A stretch of 63,578 bases of DNA, filler included, from Reticulomyxa filosa (lineage: Eukaryota; Protista; Foraminifera), in NCBI GenBank assembly GCA_000512085.1. It is 14 parts of 14 records of this genome, joined end to end, with 100 filler letters (N's around TTAATTAATTAA, not from the genome) between each part and the next. Parts side by side here need not be neighbours in the genome. Positions count along the whole stretch, not along the records: positions 12,283 to 18,317 come from ASPP01002851.1; positions 18,418 to 22,906 come from ASPP01011170.1; positions 23,007 to 37,459 come from ASPP01023434.1; 11 more parts are not named here. The stretch is one strand, 5' to 3'. Shown here piece after piece: positions 13,378 to 25,601 of the stretch (positions are counted from its first letter, which is position 1; the number at the start of each line of letters is the position of its first letter). Made by a program: the position numbers and the translations under genes. Under the pieces are notes generated by a model. It was not told the origin of the DNA and made no database searches. It saw only the letters and a list, made by a program, of their open reading frames with translations.

Positions 13378-14194
13378 ATGGCAATGTATAGCAGACAGAA
13401 TTGTGACCCCAAATAAAAAAACTATGACAAAGAACGATAATGCTTTGGATAGCACAACTTGGGAATCAATCGGGCAACTGGCAAATCAAGGCCATGGAGC
13501 CAATCCAATAGCTAAAGTAAGTGATAATAGAAAGGAGAATACCACAAATCCAGCCTCTGTTTCTTCAGTGACTGCTTCAAGTTCTCGACTAATTCCAAAT
13601 CCAACAGGAGCACATGGCTTTGGTTTGCGAAACCTGCCATTTAACGCCCCACGAAAGAAAGAGCTGCTATCCTGTTCAGGTTTTTAGGGACATTGCCTTT
13701 ACTTTGAAGCCTTTGCAAAGAGAGCAGCATTTCTCCTTCCCTTCACCCTCATGGCACAAATGTATAACCTCCAACAGGAACAAAGCAATCAAGCCATCCA
13801 GCACATACTCTCCCCTCCTCATCACTCGCAAAAAGGGATTCACAAAGCCTGCTTTCCGGTGGCACGAACGCTACAGCTGACAGCAGTTCAAACTTCGCCC
13901 AGCCGATAGGAAAGCGCAAGCTCAGGTTTGTGTGTATGTTTATATACATGTATACATATATATATATATATTCTCAGATATGATGTATGTTTCTGATTGG
14001 TTGACAAAACATCATTTCCGATAATTTTTTTTTTTCAAACCAATAAAAAAAATTTTTTTTTTTATTTGCAAAGACTGATCACAGAACAGCCAAAGAAAGA
14101 AGTAACAAACAACAACATGACAACAGAAAAGATGAAAAGTGCAGAAGTGAAAGCAGAGAGCAAAGAGACGACAGAAGCATCTGTGCAAACGCCC

Positions 14195-14230
<36 letters not shown>

Positions 14231-17200
14231 CCAACGCCAATATCAGTAACAGCAAAGATAGAAGGGAGTGAAGCATCTATGATTCAACTCTTGTGTGATT
14301 CGCAAAGAGAGAACGCGCGAATGAGAGTGGAGCGGAAGCGAAACCGGAAAGAGTATTCGCAGCACGAGAGTGTGGAGAAGGAGTTACAGTGCAAAGTGCA
14401 GGCGTTGGAGAATGCGCTGAGTGTGGACTGCAGCGCAGCAAAGAGCAGCAAAAAGCTGGAACAGTACGAGACGCAAGTGAAGCACTCGAAGGACGTCATT
14501 CAAGAGCTGCAGAGCCAGCTGCAGCAAATAAACCAAGAAAAAGTCCTTCAATCCAAACACGCGGCGAGTCTGCAAAAGCTGGCCAATCGCCATGACGAAC
14601 GCACCACCTACTACAAAATCGCTTATGGCGAAATCAAAGCCAAATTGGAAACGTCCAAGCAGTCGCCATACTCTTCTCTACCGCCTTTATCCTCATCAGG
14701 TGTCAATACTAATATCAATACCAATACCAATACCAATACCAATATCAATACCAATACCAATACTAATATTAATATCAATGTCACGTCGGCCAAAAAGAAA
14801 CAACTTACTGTCCCACTCAAACCTGCCGTCGGCGTTAACAGTAACAATGACAGCAATAGCAACAGTAGCAATACGAGGAAACGGAAGGCAGATTGCTTGG
14901 AGCCTTCGTATGACCACGACAGAGTGGTCAAAGCTGAGCTTCGTGACGACATTGCTGCCATTCAAATTATCAATGGACAGGTAGGTGTGTATATATATAT
15001 ATATATATATATATGTTTGTTCTTACATTGGCATCGACACCACTCCTCTTTCTTTTCAATCACTTTTGAGTTGTGTGAATGAAACAAAACAAAACAAAAC
15101 AAAAAGCAATCGAAACGACGGCGGTTAAATCATAGCCAAGAGACTGAAAAAACAATAGTCCCGGTCAAAGTGGAGCCGAGTGAAAATGCTCGCGCGATAT
15201 CAATGCCGCCGTTTGCTGGCGGTGCAAACACAAGTGCAAGTGCGATGAACAAGATGGAGAAGATTAATAACACGAATAAAACAGATAAGATGGATAAGGG
15301 CAATGGCGATGGACTCGACGTGGTGATTGCCGACGTGGTGACGAACAGACTGGAGAAGAGTAATAGCAATGGCGACATGAGAGACAACCTGGAGATGATC
15401 GGGCGGATGCACGACATGGCCAGTAGAGAGATGATGATTAGGATAGGGCCGTTGGCGAGACACGTGACTTTGCAGACTTTGGAAAACCTGTCCGATCCTG
15501 CACTTGACTTGGGAAGGCTCATGCAGGCCTTGGCCATCGACACAAAGACTCAAGGCAATGCCAGCTCCAATCTATCCGTTCGACAACTGGCCGACCTGAA
15601 ACAAGTCTGGCACTTGAGCAAACATAACAACAATCTCAGTCCTTTCATCCATTACTTGGGTCAGCTCTTGAGTCACTTACAAATTGGACATTTGTCGTCG
15701 TTATGTTACATATTACATATAATATATATACATATATATACATATATATGTATATATATATTATATGTAATATGTAAATTTTGTTGTTTTTTTTTTTTTA
15801 GTGTTTTGATGAAGAAACATGTGCAATTGTGGGATGTTGGTGAAACAGTGCCATTTATGTGGTGAAGATATTGACGGCAATGCTGAACGGACAGGCGGGG
15901 ACTTGGTTTTGTCAGCAAATGTTTGAATCACTGGCCACTCAAAAAAAAGTGAGGACAGTCAACAAAACACCCAGCTTATTAAACCGTCTCTCTCGACGCA
16001 TTCGCTGTGGCAATAAACAGCAAAGTAGCAGCACCATCTTGGCATCGATGCTCCAAGACTTGTGTCAAAAAAATAAAAAAACAAAGGACGTGACAATGTC
16101 ACCCCACTTTCCAAAGGCAATGAAAGATAGTAGTAGTGGGTCTTTGGAGGAAAATGAAGACACAAAGCATAACACGTCGATAGAGCACTTCCCCAATCTC
16201 ATTGTATTACTGATCCAAGTACTGAAGAAATGTCAAGTGTATTTAACACAACTGACCACCAATGCGTCCTATCGCTATGGCAATTTGCAACGGTTTAGAC
16301 ATATGAAAAATGAAACGGTGATATTGGAGAGTCAATGCTTGCATCTCTTGCACGTGTTTTGGTCGTATTCGCAGTATTGGGATATGAGTGATGAGAAAGA
16401 GACGACCTCCGAAATTGTTACGCTTATCAATCGGATTATAGCCGACAACATGTCCTTACTTGCATCCAAACTGATTGGCATGGAGATGCTCATACAGCTG
16501 CTTCATCGACGACGTGAAAAGGATGTCAATACTATCGAAGGTATCACCGCTGACGTCATCAGTACTGTGATCTCTTCTTTCATCCAATATCACACTGAAA
16601 TCAAAATGGAAAGGATGAACGATGGAAATGAGGATTGGCAGGACGATAATGATCATAGCAGTGACAATCTTTTGAGCAATAAAATGCGGACAAATTATGA
16701 GCAAAAGAGAGGACAACAGTATGAATTCTCTGTGCTGCAGTTCTTGAAACAAATAATGGCATTGCTTTTGGAATGGTGGAAGTGGTGTGGTCAGAATGGA
16801 TCGTGCTTAAACGAATGGCTAGATCGAACATGGATTTTGAAGGAGATAGACCCTCGTTTGGATCACAAAAGCAAATCTATTAAATATCAACCTGTAAGCA
16901 AGTCTTTCGTGTATATTTTGGTACAGTCAACGCTCATGCATATTCATTTGCTTACCAACCATTACTCTACTTATCGTTTTGAGGTGGTTGAAAACGAGCC
17001 ATTACTACGCACTACTGCTTCCACTGCACAAAAAAAAAATGATTGGGCAAATAAAAGTGCTCAAGACTATATTGCCCAATGCTACAATTTTAATAATACT
17101 TATTCTCCAAAGCATTACTACAATAGTTTGTTACCTTCTGTGCTTCCGAAACAAACGCTTCCAACTTTGGAAATGGAGAGACTTGACTTGATAAAGGTAA

Positions 17201-17439
17201 CTCTACATTTGCTAAAAGTTATAATTGAAGATGTTGAAAATCGATGTAAAACGAGAAAACAATTTGAAGAATCTCTTGACCCATATTTCAGTAATTCGTG
17301 TCGTCATTTTTACCATTGGATTTCACTATTAAGTGAACATATTCAAGTACGTTCCGATACTTTAGCTTCTTTGGCATTTCAACTTCGTAATATATTAACA
17401 ACTGCATTTGATGATGACGATATTGAAATTCTTAGATAA
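13378..17439 (+). CDS. Large hypothetical protein: disordered N-terminus, coiled coil, alpha-helical repeat-like C-terminus
   Basis: Collinear ORFs 13403..13687, 13997..15082, 15170..15865, 15859..17439. The GT 14981..AG 15106 intron is in frame. Coiled coil at ~14280-14650. Several apparent frameshifts. Confidence 0.65.
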
Positions 17440-17767
17440 TTTTTTTTTAATAAAATTTCGGATTATGTCAAAATAATGTTTTTGGAATTTGTTGGAGATA
17501 TTTTACTTTGTTCAAATAAATTTATTTTTCAAAAATTTTCACAAAAGATTTTCATCTGGTTCGAATTTAGAAAGCCTTATACTAACATTTCGATTATGCA
17601 CTCAAAAAAAAAAAAAAAAACACAGCATAAAAAAAAAACAAAACAAAACAAACACTTCGACCAAAGAGTAAATACACTAAGAACAAAAAAAATTTATAAC
17701 AACACTTGAAATGTGTGTTTCCTTTGAATATTTTTATTTTAGTAATGTTGTTTGTTCAATAGCTCTT

Positions 17768-18317
17768 CTACAATTTGGTGGAAGATCTAGGTCGGACTGG
17801 TGATGCTGTCGCATTCGTGGTTGGTGATACTTGGTGATGGGTACTTTTGGGGTCAAGAGTCGAAGTGGCACTAGGTGTTTGAATATTGGAAGGAGTCAAA
17901 GAATAAGTATGAATAACTCCACTATTGCGCTGGTATTTTCGACTTGCACTTTTAGGACGATTGATTTCTCTTTCGTCAATTTCAGTGCCTTCATCTAACT
18001 GTTCTTGAAGTTTGCGAAGTTCTTGCAAGTCACGTTGCTGTTTTTGGAACTGTGCCTTCCAAATTTCATCTGTGGTCGCTTCCAAAATGGAAGGGCTTTT
18101 ATGTTCCCGACTTGGTTGGGTATCAATGTCCAACGACTTTACTTTGTTCAAACTTAACGTCGGACTATTCATGCTCTTGCGACTTGGGCTCTCCATTCGT
18201 TTTTCTTCATTATCTTTTCCATTAATCTGTTTTGTCGTCGTTGTCGTTGTATTTGTGACATTTGTGTTTGTGTTTGCGTTTGTATTTGAAGTTGCGTTTG
18301 TCGTTGTATTGGTCGTT
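17768..18317 (-). CDS. 3' fragment of a hypothetical S/T/P-rich protein with a short coiled coil
   Basis: Open frame from the contig edge to the stop at 17768; EIWKAQFQKQQRDLQELRKLQEQLD. Confidence 0.5.
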
Positions 18318-18417
18318 NNNNNNNNNNNNNNNNNNNNNNNNNNNNNNNNNNNNNNNNNNNNTTAATTAATTAANNNNNNNNNNNNNNNNNNNNNNNNNNN
18401 NNNNNNNNNNNNNNNNN
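18318..18417. other. Artificial contig linker
   Basis: N44-TTAATTAATTAA-N44. Confidence 0.97.
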
Positions 18418-18489
18418 AAATTATTATAATTGTAAATTATTATAATTGTAAATTATTATAATTGTAAATTATTATAATTGTAAATTATT
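18418..18489. repeat. 16-bp tandem repeat (AAATTATTATAATTGT) x4.5
   Basis: Four exact copies plus a partial copy, at the contig start. Confidence 0.9.
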
Positions 18490-18498
18490 TTCATTCGA

Positions 18499-18984
18499 TT
18501 GATAACAGGTACGGTGAAACCTAATCGCTATATACGTGTAGCCATATTGCCAGAATGGGTAGGTTGGGAGTGGGAACGGACAGGGTCCCCAGCCGTCGCA
18601 GTGATCATTCAAACCTGTGTTAATGCCGTTTTGGTAGGCTTGCCATTTGACAATCTTTTGTTAATCAGCACTGTCATTGGATGCTTCACTTATCTCACCG
18701 AATTTACTGCATTCATTGTGCTAAAATACACCGAACCTGACGCAATTCGACCTTACACTGTGCCTGGGGGCATGTGGGGTGCCTGGGCGGTCACTGTCAC
18801 CAAAGTGGCTTTGGTATTTGCCGTATTTGCTATGACCATTTATGACTATCCCTACATCTTTTTGTGGTGCATTTTGTACGATATATTCCTTATTGGGTTG
18901 TACTTTGGAAGGAAAAGATTTTTTCCAGACATCGATCAACGCATCCTTTCTAACATGCAATTAAATGAAAACACGTTGCGATAA
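18499..18984 (+). CDS. APC-family amino acid/polyamine transporter, C-terminal part
   Basis: G.P.VA..., FDNLL, LTEFTAFIVLKYTEPDAIRPYTVPGG followed by two TM helices; typical of the LAT/PUT C-terminus. Confidence 0.8.
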   Translation: MITGTVKPNRYIRVAILPEWVGWEWERTGSPAVAVIIQTCVNAVLVGLPFDNLLLISTVIGCFTYLTEFTAFIVLKYTEPDAIRPYTVPGGMWGAWAVTVTKVALVFAVFAMTIYDYPYIFLWCILYDIFLIGLYFGRKRFFPDIDQRILSNMQLNENTLR

Positions 18985-19579
18985 GGTAATGGATTCAATG
19001 GAGAAATCGAAACAATAATGATAAAAATGAAACACGATAGAGGAGGGGAGGAACAACATGGTGCATTTATGCAAATTTTTAATTCACAAAACTTTTTATA
19101 CATTTGCTTTTTTTTTTTGGTTCAAACTTCACAACGCTTCTTTGCTGGAGAAGCACGCAAATGAGTTTTAGATTTAAAAGCCCGCGGCTGAGTATGAAAC
19201 TTCTTTGCAGTATTGTAATACTAGACTGTCATGCTCATAGTAGTGGATGTATCTTCAAAAGAGGTTGTTAGCTAGCATTCATAGCCATAAACTAGTACGT
19301 TCATTTTTTAAAAAGTTTAATAATTATCAAAAAATTTGTTTCTGCTATTTAAAATATTTGCATAGTTTCTTATTACACAAAAAGTCTATGGCTTGGTGAT
19401 CAAATAAAGACCTATCTTGACCAACTTTTTTCTTTAATGTGTAAAGATTCCTTTTTATTCCATTTATAAAGCGTTGTTAAACTTAAAACAAATAATAAAT
19501 GCACATATTTCCAGTTTTTTTTAAAGGTATAAGGAGAACTTCCAACAAAAGAAACAAAGAGTTGCATCGATTGCAACAC

Positions 19580-20531
19580 TTAAGTACTACTTGAACTAAA
19601 CCAGCTCCGAACACCAGATTTAGTAGACGAGACACGCCTTTCTTGAGGAGCTGGTTTATCTTGAGCAAGTTTTTGTGCTCGAAGATTTCGAGAGTCAATC
19701 CAATTTGTGAGCCTGTCAATATCGCTTGATAATACAATGCGATAATTTTTTTCTTCGAGTCGATCGTATCGATAAATCAAGTTGTATTTGCAATTTCCTT
19801 CTTCTCCTTCTTCTGTGCTATTCGCATTGCTTGTGGTTTCTTCTGTCAATCCAAGTGCATGAATACTGTATCCACAAATAACCATTAATATCTTTTATTT
19901 CAATCTTCTAATTCAAAAAGAAAAGGGGAACATTTAGAAACTTTTTAAAAAAAACGTCAAATTCCCAAGAATAACGAAATAGCAATCGAAGCCATTTCCC
20001 ACGTGCGTATCTCAAGCCAATGGTTTTGGATTCTTCTGTTGGTTTCCATAGCTTTGCCTGACTAGGGATCGCATGTATAGTATCAATATCTTTTTCTTCA
20101 AGATCCTGATCTTTTGGCACCCAACGATCCAAGCAACAGTAATCAACCAGTTGATATGTGAGGCTTTCGTACAAGTCATCGTAATGTGTTACTATAAATC
20201 CTTTTTGTTCTATTGCTTCCTCCTCATTGCTTTTTTCTTGTTCGTCATTTTTTGGGTCCTTTTGCGCTTCAACTGCTACCAAACCCAGAACTTGTGCATC
20301 ATCCAAAAATTGATAAAATGCATGTCCATTTGCAAATTCGTATTTCATCATATTCCCACCAGCTACCAATAATTTAATTTTCTTTTGCTTCCCTGTTGTC
20401 ACACTTTCTTTGTCACTTATCTCCGAGATACATTTGTGTTCCAACAGGGAACTCAACCTATTAAATTTTTCAGGTCTCGTTTGCAGACAGATTTGCTCAG
20501 CAAAATCTGATTTGGACAGGAAAGACGTCAT
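19580..20531 (-). CDS. Hypothetical protein, 2 exons
   Basis: ORFs 19908..20531 and 19580..19885 are joinable by a short GT-AG intron (~19891-19955). Confidence 0.6.
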
Positions 20532-21874
20532 TTTCTTTTGTTTTCTTCCTCAGAAATGTTTTTGGTATTAACGCGATTGAAAAAGTAATTCTAACAAAAA
20601 ACAGCACCTTTCACAGTACTTTGCGTTCTTTCTCAAATACAAGCCGTGTTCGTCAGGTCGTTTTGTTCTTTTGGGAACGATAAAAAACAGAAGTAAAATA
20701 CTTTAATACAATAATGTCCTTTTACTGTCAAAGTCAGAGAAACCAACTGAAGAAAAAACGATATATTTAAAGCGTAGCTGTAGTTGTTTTTAGAATCACT
20801 GGCAAGAAAGATGAATTGTGTCATCTAATTAACAAAAGGAGAAGATAAATGAGTAAAATCTCTCTAAGTATATATTTTATTTTTACAACATTGCAAAGGC
20901 AAGCAATTATTTGTCTCGTTGTACATAAAACATGCCGTATTCCTGTCACTCTACTGTGCCCGTCTCAGTCCTCGTTTGTTAGTATCAGGAAATTTTTTTC
21001 ACAGGGGTGATCCTTGAATAAAATTTTTTTAGCCAAAACTGTTTTGTTGCAAATGTTAAAAGTTAAGCCATAACCAAAATAAAATATCATCTTTGCCAAA
21101 TCTTATTTCACAAGTCAGTTTCATTATGAATTGGACTGACTTTTTGAAATGGCGCAGAGTAACGCAAAACCGCGGTGAAGACTTTGCTTTGGTAGTGCTC
21201 TTGTTATGCACTTCCATTCATTCCATCTTCGTACAACATTATGTCTTTTTGCTCACACTATAACAATGTTTGTGTTTCAATAGGTATTCAAGTGGATTGA
21301 TACCATTGAAAATTACTTGCGTCGGTAATTTTCTGTTGAAATTTTTTTTTTTTGGAATGGTGTCGAGCTCTTTTGCTTTCATTTTATGTCATTTACTTCA
21401 CAATTTAAAAATTTGTTCGTGTAAACACATTTCATTTATGTGTTAATAATTTTGAACACTCGTTGTCGAAGGCTTGTTTATAAAAGGCGTTCGTATCGTT
21501 AATTTCAGCGTTTTAGTACCTTGTTTGTACAGACGATTAACATTCAATTAGCGAAGATTTTGTATTCGTAATTGATATATTTTTCTAGAAGCAAGAGTGC
21601 TAGAAAAATTTCAAAATTAATATTTGATTTGTTTCAAATGTAAAGCAGGGAAAAGTAAGAGTAGTTTTTAACCAAAAAATATACAACCCCATTTTTAAAA
21701 TTTCTCTGGAAGATTTTTCTTCAGCCGAGGCAAAAAAGAATTGTATTGAATTTAATGCAATTACATTATATACACTTGAAAAAAATGCTTAAAAAATCGT
21801 CGTGACAAGTGGCACAGATCCTGTTTTTGAAAGAAAACAATAATTAACAAAAAAAAAAGGCTGCTACGTGTCAG

Positions 21875-22886
21875 TCATAAATGGCAGGTGTTTACTTCGG
21901 AGAGTCTCCAATTGATATAATTATCCAAACTTCGCCACCATAGCACGGCGGCAGCTGAGCACAAGCAAACAAATAATTGTTTTTTTTCTTTCTGGGCTCC
22001 CTTTCATGAAGCAATAGTAAAGAGTGGGAATAAAGGTATACATACTCGCAACAAATAAATGCCAAAATTGGTGTGAATGCAGCCAAATATCAAACTTTCC
22101 AGGAGCAAAGCGTTCAGGGATTCGGTAATGGAAAAAGACAAAGCCCAATCCATAGAAAAAAAACATACCAAAGGCACCAAAAGCTAAATGAACAATTTCG
22201 GCCCACGTCGCAAAAAGCATCCAATGGACACATGGGATAGTACCGCTTGCAATGGTCAAGACCATAACCATTTGTCGTACTCTCCAGGGAAACTTGTGTG
22301 GGAATACAAACCACAAGGGAATGATACTGAATAATATACTGCCAAAAATTATCAAATACAACGATTGGAAGAAGGGAAAGCACTCGAAGCTCACATAAAT
22401 GCCACAAATGAATGATCCTGTCACCAGGCACCATATTCCTATCATTGTCAACCCAACACAATAACGACGCATTACCCTCCCTTCTTTTCCCTCCCTCCCT
22501 CCGTTATATACATATATTTTTAAGCATATAAAAATATAATGTATGGATATACATACATATATAATATATATATACATATATTATATATGTATACGTATAT
22601 TTATATACTTTTTTTTTTTTTTTTTTTGCACTTGTGAAGAAACCTAACCGATCAAATCTAATTGCAAAAAATAGGGATACAAGTGGGGCCATGCGACTCT
22701 CCCGATGTGATAAATGCTGCTGCAGATGAAACACCCGATCATTGAAATCACCATGGAATGCAACAAGAAGCTGTGCAAAGCAAACGGTGTTATCTTTGTG
22801 CCTTGTGTGATAAACACTTCTGTAAATTCGCTGACTAGGTAAATTAAACATGCCAAGCCCGGGAGCAAGTGGGTGTAGATATTGCC
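21875..22886 (-). CDS. PAQR / hemolysin-III (adiponectin/progestin receptor-like) protein, 5' partial
   Basis: NIYTH, CSSIYH, LQLDLIG, RIPERFAPGKFDIWLHSHQFWHLFV (Zn-binding His motifs). Confidence 0.9.
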
Positions 22887-22906
22887 TACGTTTCCCGCAC
22901 CCCCCC

Positions 22907-23006
22907 NNNNNNNNNNNNNNNNNNNNNNNNNNNNNNNNNNNNNNNNNNNNTTAATTAATTAANNNNNNNNNNNNNNNNNNNNNNNNNNNNNNNNNNNNNN
23001 NNNNNN
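22907..23006. other. Artificial contig linker
   Basis: N44-TTAATTAATTAA-N44. Confidence 0.97.
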
Positions 23007-23024
23007 AAAAAAAAAAAAAAAAAT

Positions 23025-25300
23025 TCTTCACAAATATTCTCTCTTTTACTGCAATAAATTTCAGAATTGATGTCTGCGATATCAATTCTTATCCATTCAC
23101 ATTTGTAAAAACCAATGTTGGGATTGTCTTGCAGAAGTAATCTTTTCTTGTTTTCTTGCTCTTCTTCCTTATTTTCAGATAGATTTGGAACAATCGTCGA
23201 GCCTCTTTGTAAAATTTGAGTCTTTTATTTCTTACTTGATTGCATCCTTTCGTTTTCAATATTGTCATCATCTGGTTTTGATCTTTTCAAACTCTTTTGA
23301 TCAATTGGTTTGATTTCAATAGACTGTTTTCTTTTATTTACATTTTCAATCATTTTTTCATCACTATTAATCGAATGATTGACTGTCCTTGTACTTGGAC
23401 TATGCGACTATATATTATCATTAATTTGGTTTGTCAATGATAACAATGAATCGACAGTCGATTTACCAACCGACTTTGCCTTCCATAAGCCTTTAAACTA
23501 TTATTTTCTTTCGAGTTTGTTTGTATATTTCCTCTTGATTCGCTTGGAAATGATGTTATTGTTTATTAAAGATCTTGATATTCGGTCAGAAAATTTTGCA
23601 AGTGGACTTCACTATTCCATAAAAAAACTTTGCATCGCTTTTTTTGCGTCCTGGCTGATTGTGACTTGATCTCCAAATGATTGGCCTTCCACTGGCCTTA
23701 TATATATTCAAATTACTTAATAACAATAACAAAATTCCAATGATAATTCCAGTGATAATTCCAATAAAATTTCAATTAAAGTCTAATCTAAAATTCTTTC
23801 TAAATAACAAATTTGTAATATCCTTTTGATTTTCCAATGACCCTCTTCAAGGGTTTCAAATAGATATTCAAATTAATTTATCCAAAAAATTTCCAATAAA
23901 ATAACTTTATTTCAGAAAAATTCCTAAGTAAATATCTTTCAAAATCTCAAATACCTATTTTCAAAATTAATTTTTGCTCTAATGTTCGGACCTTGGAATA
24001 AAATCCGTTGATATTATTCTGGAATACCAATAGACTGCTGATCATAGATTTGCTTGCATGTTGGTATTCTCAATGTTAATTTCAATCCCCACCTGCATCA
24101 ACATTGGGTTAAGTGATTGCAATAAGTATTGTGATTGCTGGAATGCTGACTTAATCTCTGCCAATTTACGTCTTAGCGATGATAGTTCATTAGCATCAAA
24201 TTTCTTATTCTGCAGCCTTTGATCTTTGTTATTTTTTCTTTTATTCTTCTTTCTATTGGCTCTTCTTTGGTTTTCGAAGTCCATTATTATCTTTATTTCC
24301 ATTTAATCTTTTTTCTTTGCTTGCTGCACATTTAAAAAATAAATAAATTATTGTCATTCATCATTGGTAACCAAAAGCCAAAAGTATTGAAAGAAACAAC
24401 CAACGCTCTAGTGAAGGGACAAAATGTCCAAAATACATCTCCCATAGTGGCATTGCCAAAATTCAAGATAATTTACCTCGTGAAAAACGTTCAGCAGCAA
24501 TAATTAGTCCTTATGACTTGCAAAGAGCTGCTGTTTTCTTTAGTAAATCTGGAGGCTTTGTGATATCAGCCGGTCTGATAAAAATCTACGTTGATAGTTC
24601 CACAGTTCTACGAAAGAAATATTAAAATGTTTTTGTTTGTTGTTTATGTTCATTTTTTTTCATTGTATTTCTTTGTATTAAACCTTTATTCTACTTTTGC
24701 TATTTGTCTCTTTGGTGTGCATGAATATGCTCAATGTCGTATTTATTGATTACTTGTAAGTCATCGTAATTTTGGTACTGTATTTCGTGTGATTGATGTA
24801 CTTGGTTACGATGTTTTTTTTTCGCTTTTTGGAATTTCAATATTACAACATTCTCCATCATCAAAAAAAAGTAATTGTTTGATGAATACGTACTCCTTCC
24901 TTGTAAATTTAATACCAAGCTTCTATTGCTTTGAGAATCACATAACATTGCAATGAATCACTTGTATGCTGTTTTCGATATAATACACACTTGTGTTTAC
25001 TTAGATTATTTTTGTTTCGTCATTTGCCACTCTTGGTTTGTCAATCTGCAATATTTACATACTTTACTTTTCTTTGTACATTCACTATCAATATGGTTCA
25101 ATCTTTAACATTTCCTGCATTCATATCTATTCACGTCATGATCAGTCACTGCTTCTTCACACTTTTTCTTGTTACTATAATACTTTTCTGGACAAAACAT
25201 AATCGAAGATTATGATGCACGTGTCCAAATTTGAAGGTCAAAACCTCATTTTTCCTTTCTTTTGATTGTGCCATAATGATATTTTTGTATTCCTCCTAAG
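23025..25300 (-). mobile_element. Decayed non-LTR retrotransposon (ORF1 with three CCHC knuckles; possible start of AP-endonuclease ORF)
   Basis: 24945..25119 translates as CRKC*RLNHIDSEC / CKYCRLTN..SGK* / KCVLYRKQHTSDSLQC, the triple zinc knuckle of LINE ORF1. A basic plus coiled-coil tail lies at 24042..24302. A stop-riddled frame at ~23030-23700 ends near IGF/FTNVNG, resembling APE motif I. Confidence 0.65.
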
Positions 25301-25601
25301 CCGTAAAGTGTCCTAAGGCTGGTCTCAATTGTTTTAAATAGAAAATGAAAACATTGCTCACTTTAGAAAAAAAATGAATTATTGATATTAATCTAGAAAT
25401 AATAAATGGACATTAACCTGTTTTAATATTGAAATTATACGTTTTAGATCAGATTTTTTAATGTGTGGGGAAGACCACAAAACTCTAAAAGCGATGACAA
25501 AACATATCCTTTGAGGATTTTTGTTCGCGTCAGAAGGGAGAATAAAGGAAAAAAGAACTCTAACTGCACCAATGAAAAAAAACCAAATATAAAGAATAAA
25601 A

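Noticed and set aside
14702-14780. (AATACC/AATATC)n and similar tracts (32677-32815, 41765-41815) as telomere-like repeats
   Set aside because: In-frame coding microsatellites giving NT, NG and HD runs.
15841-15843. In-frame TGA after CW as selenocysteine or readthrough
   Set aside because: One missing A at 15843-15845 gives a natural join (WDVGENSAIYVV); no redox motif or SECIS was identified.
23030-23700. Ciliate-type genetic code (TAR=Gln) or contaminant DNA
   Set aside because: A TGA is also in frame, and neighbouring genes on the same fragment end in TAA/TAG normally.
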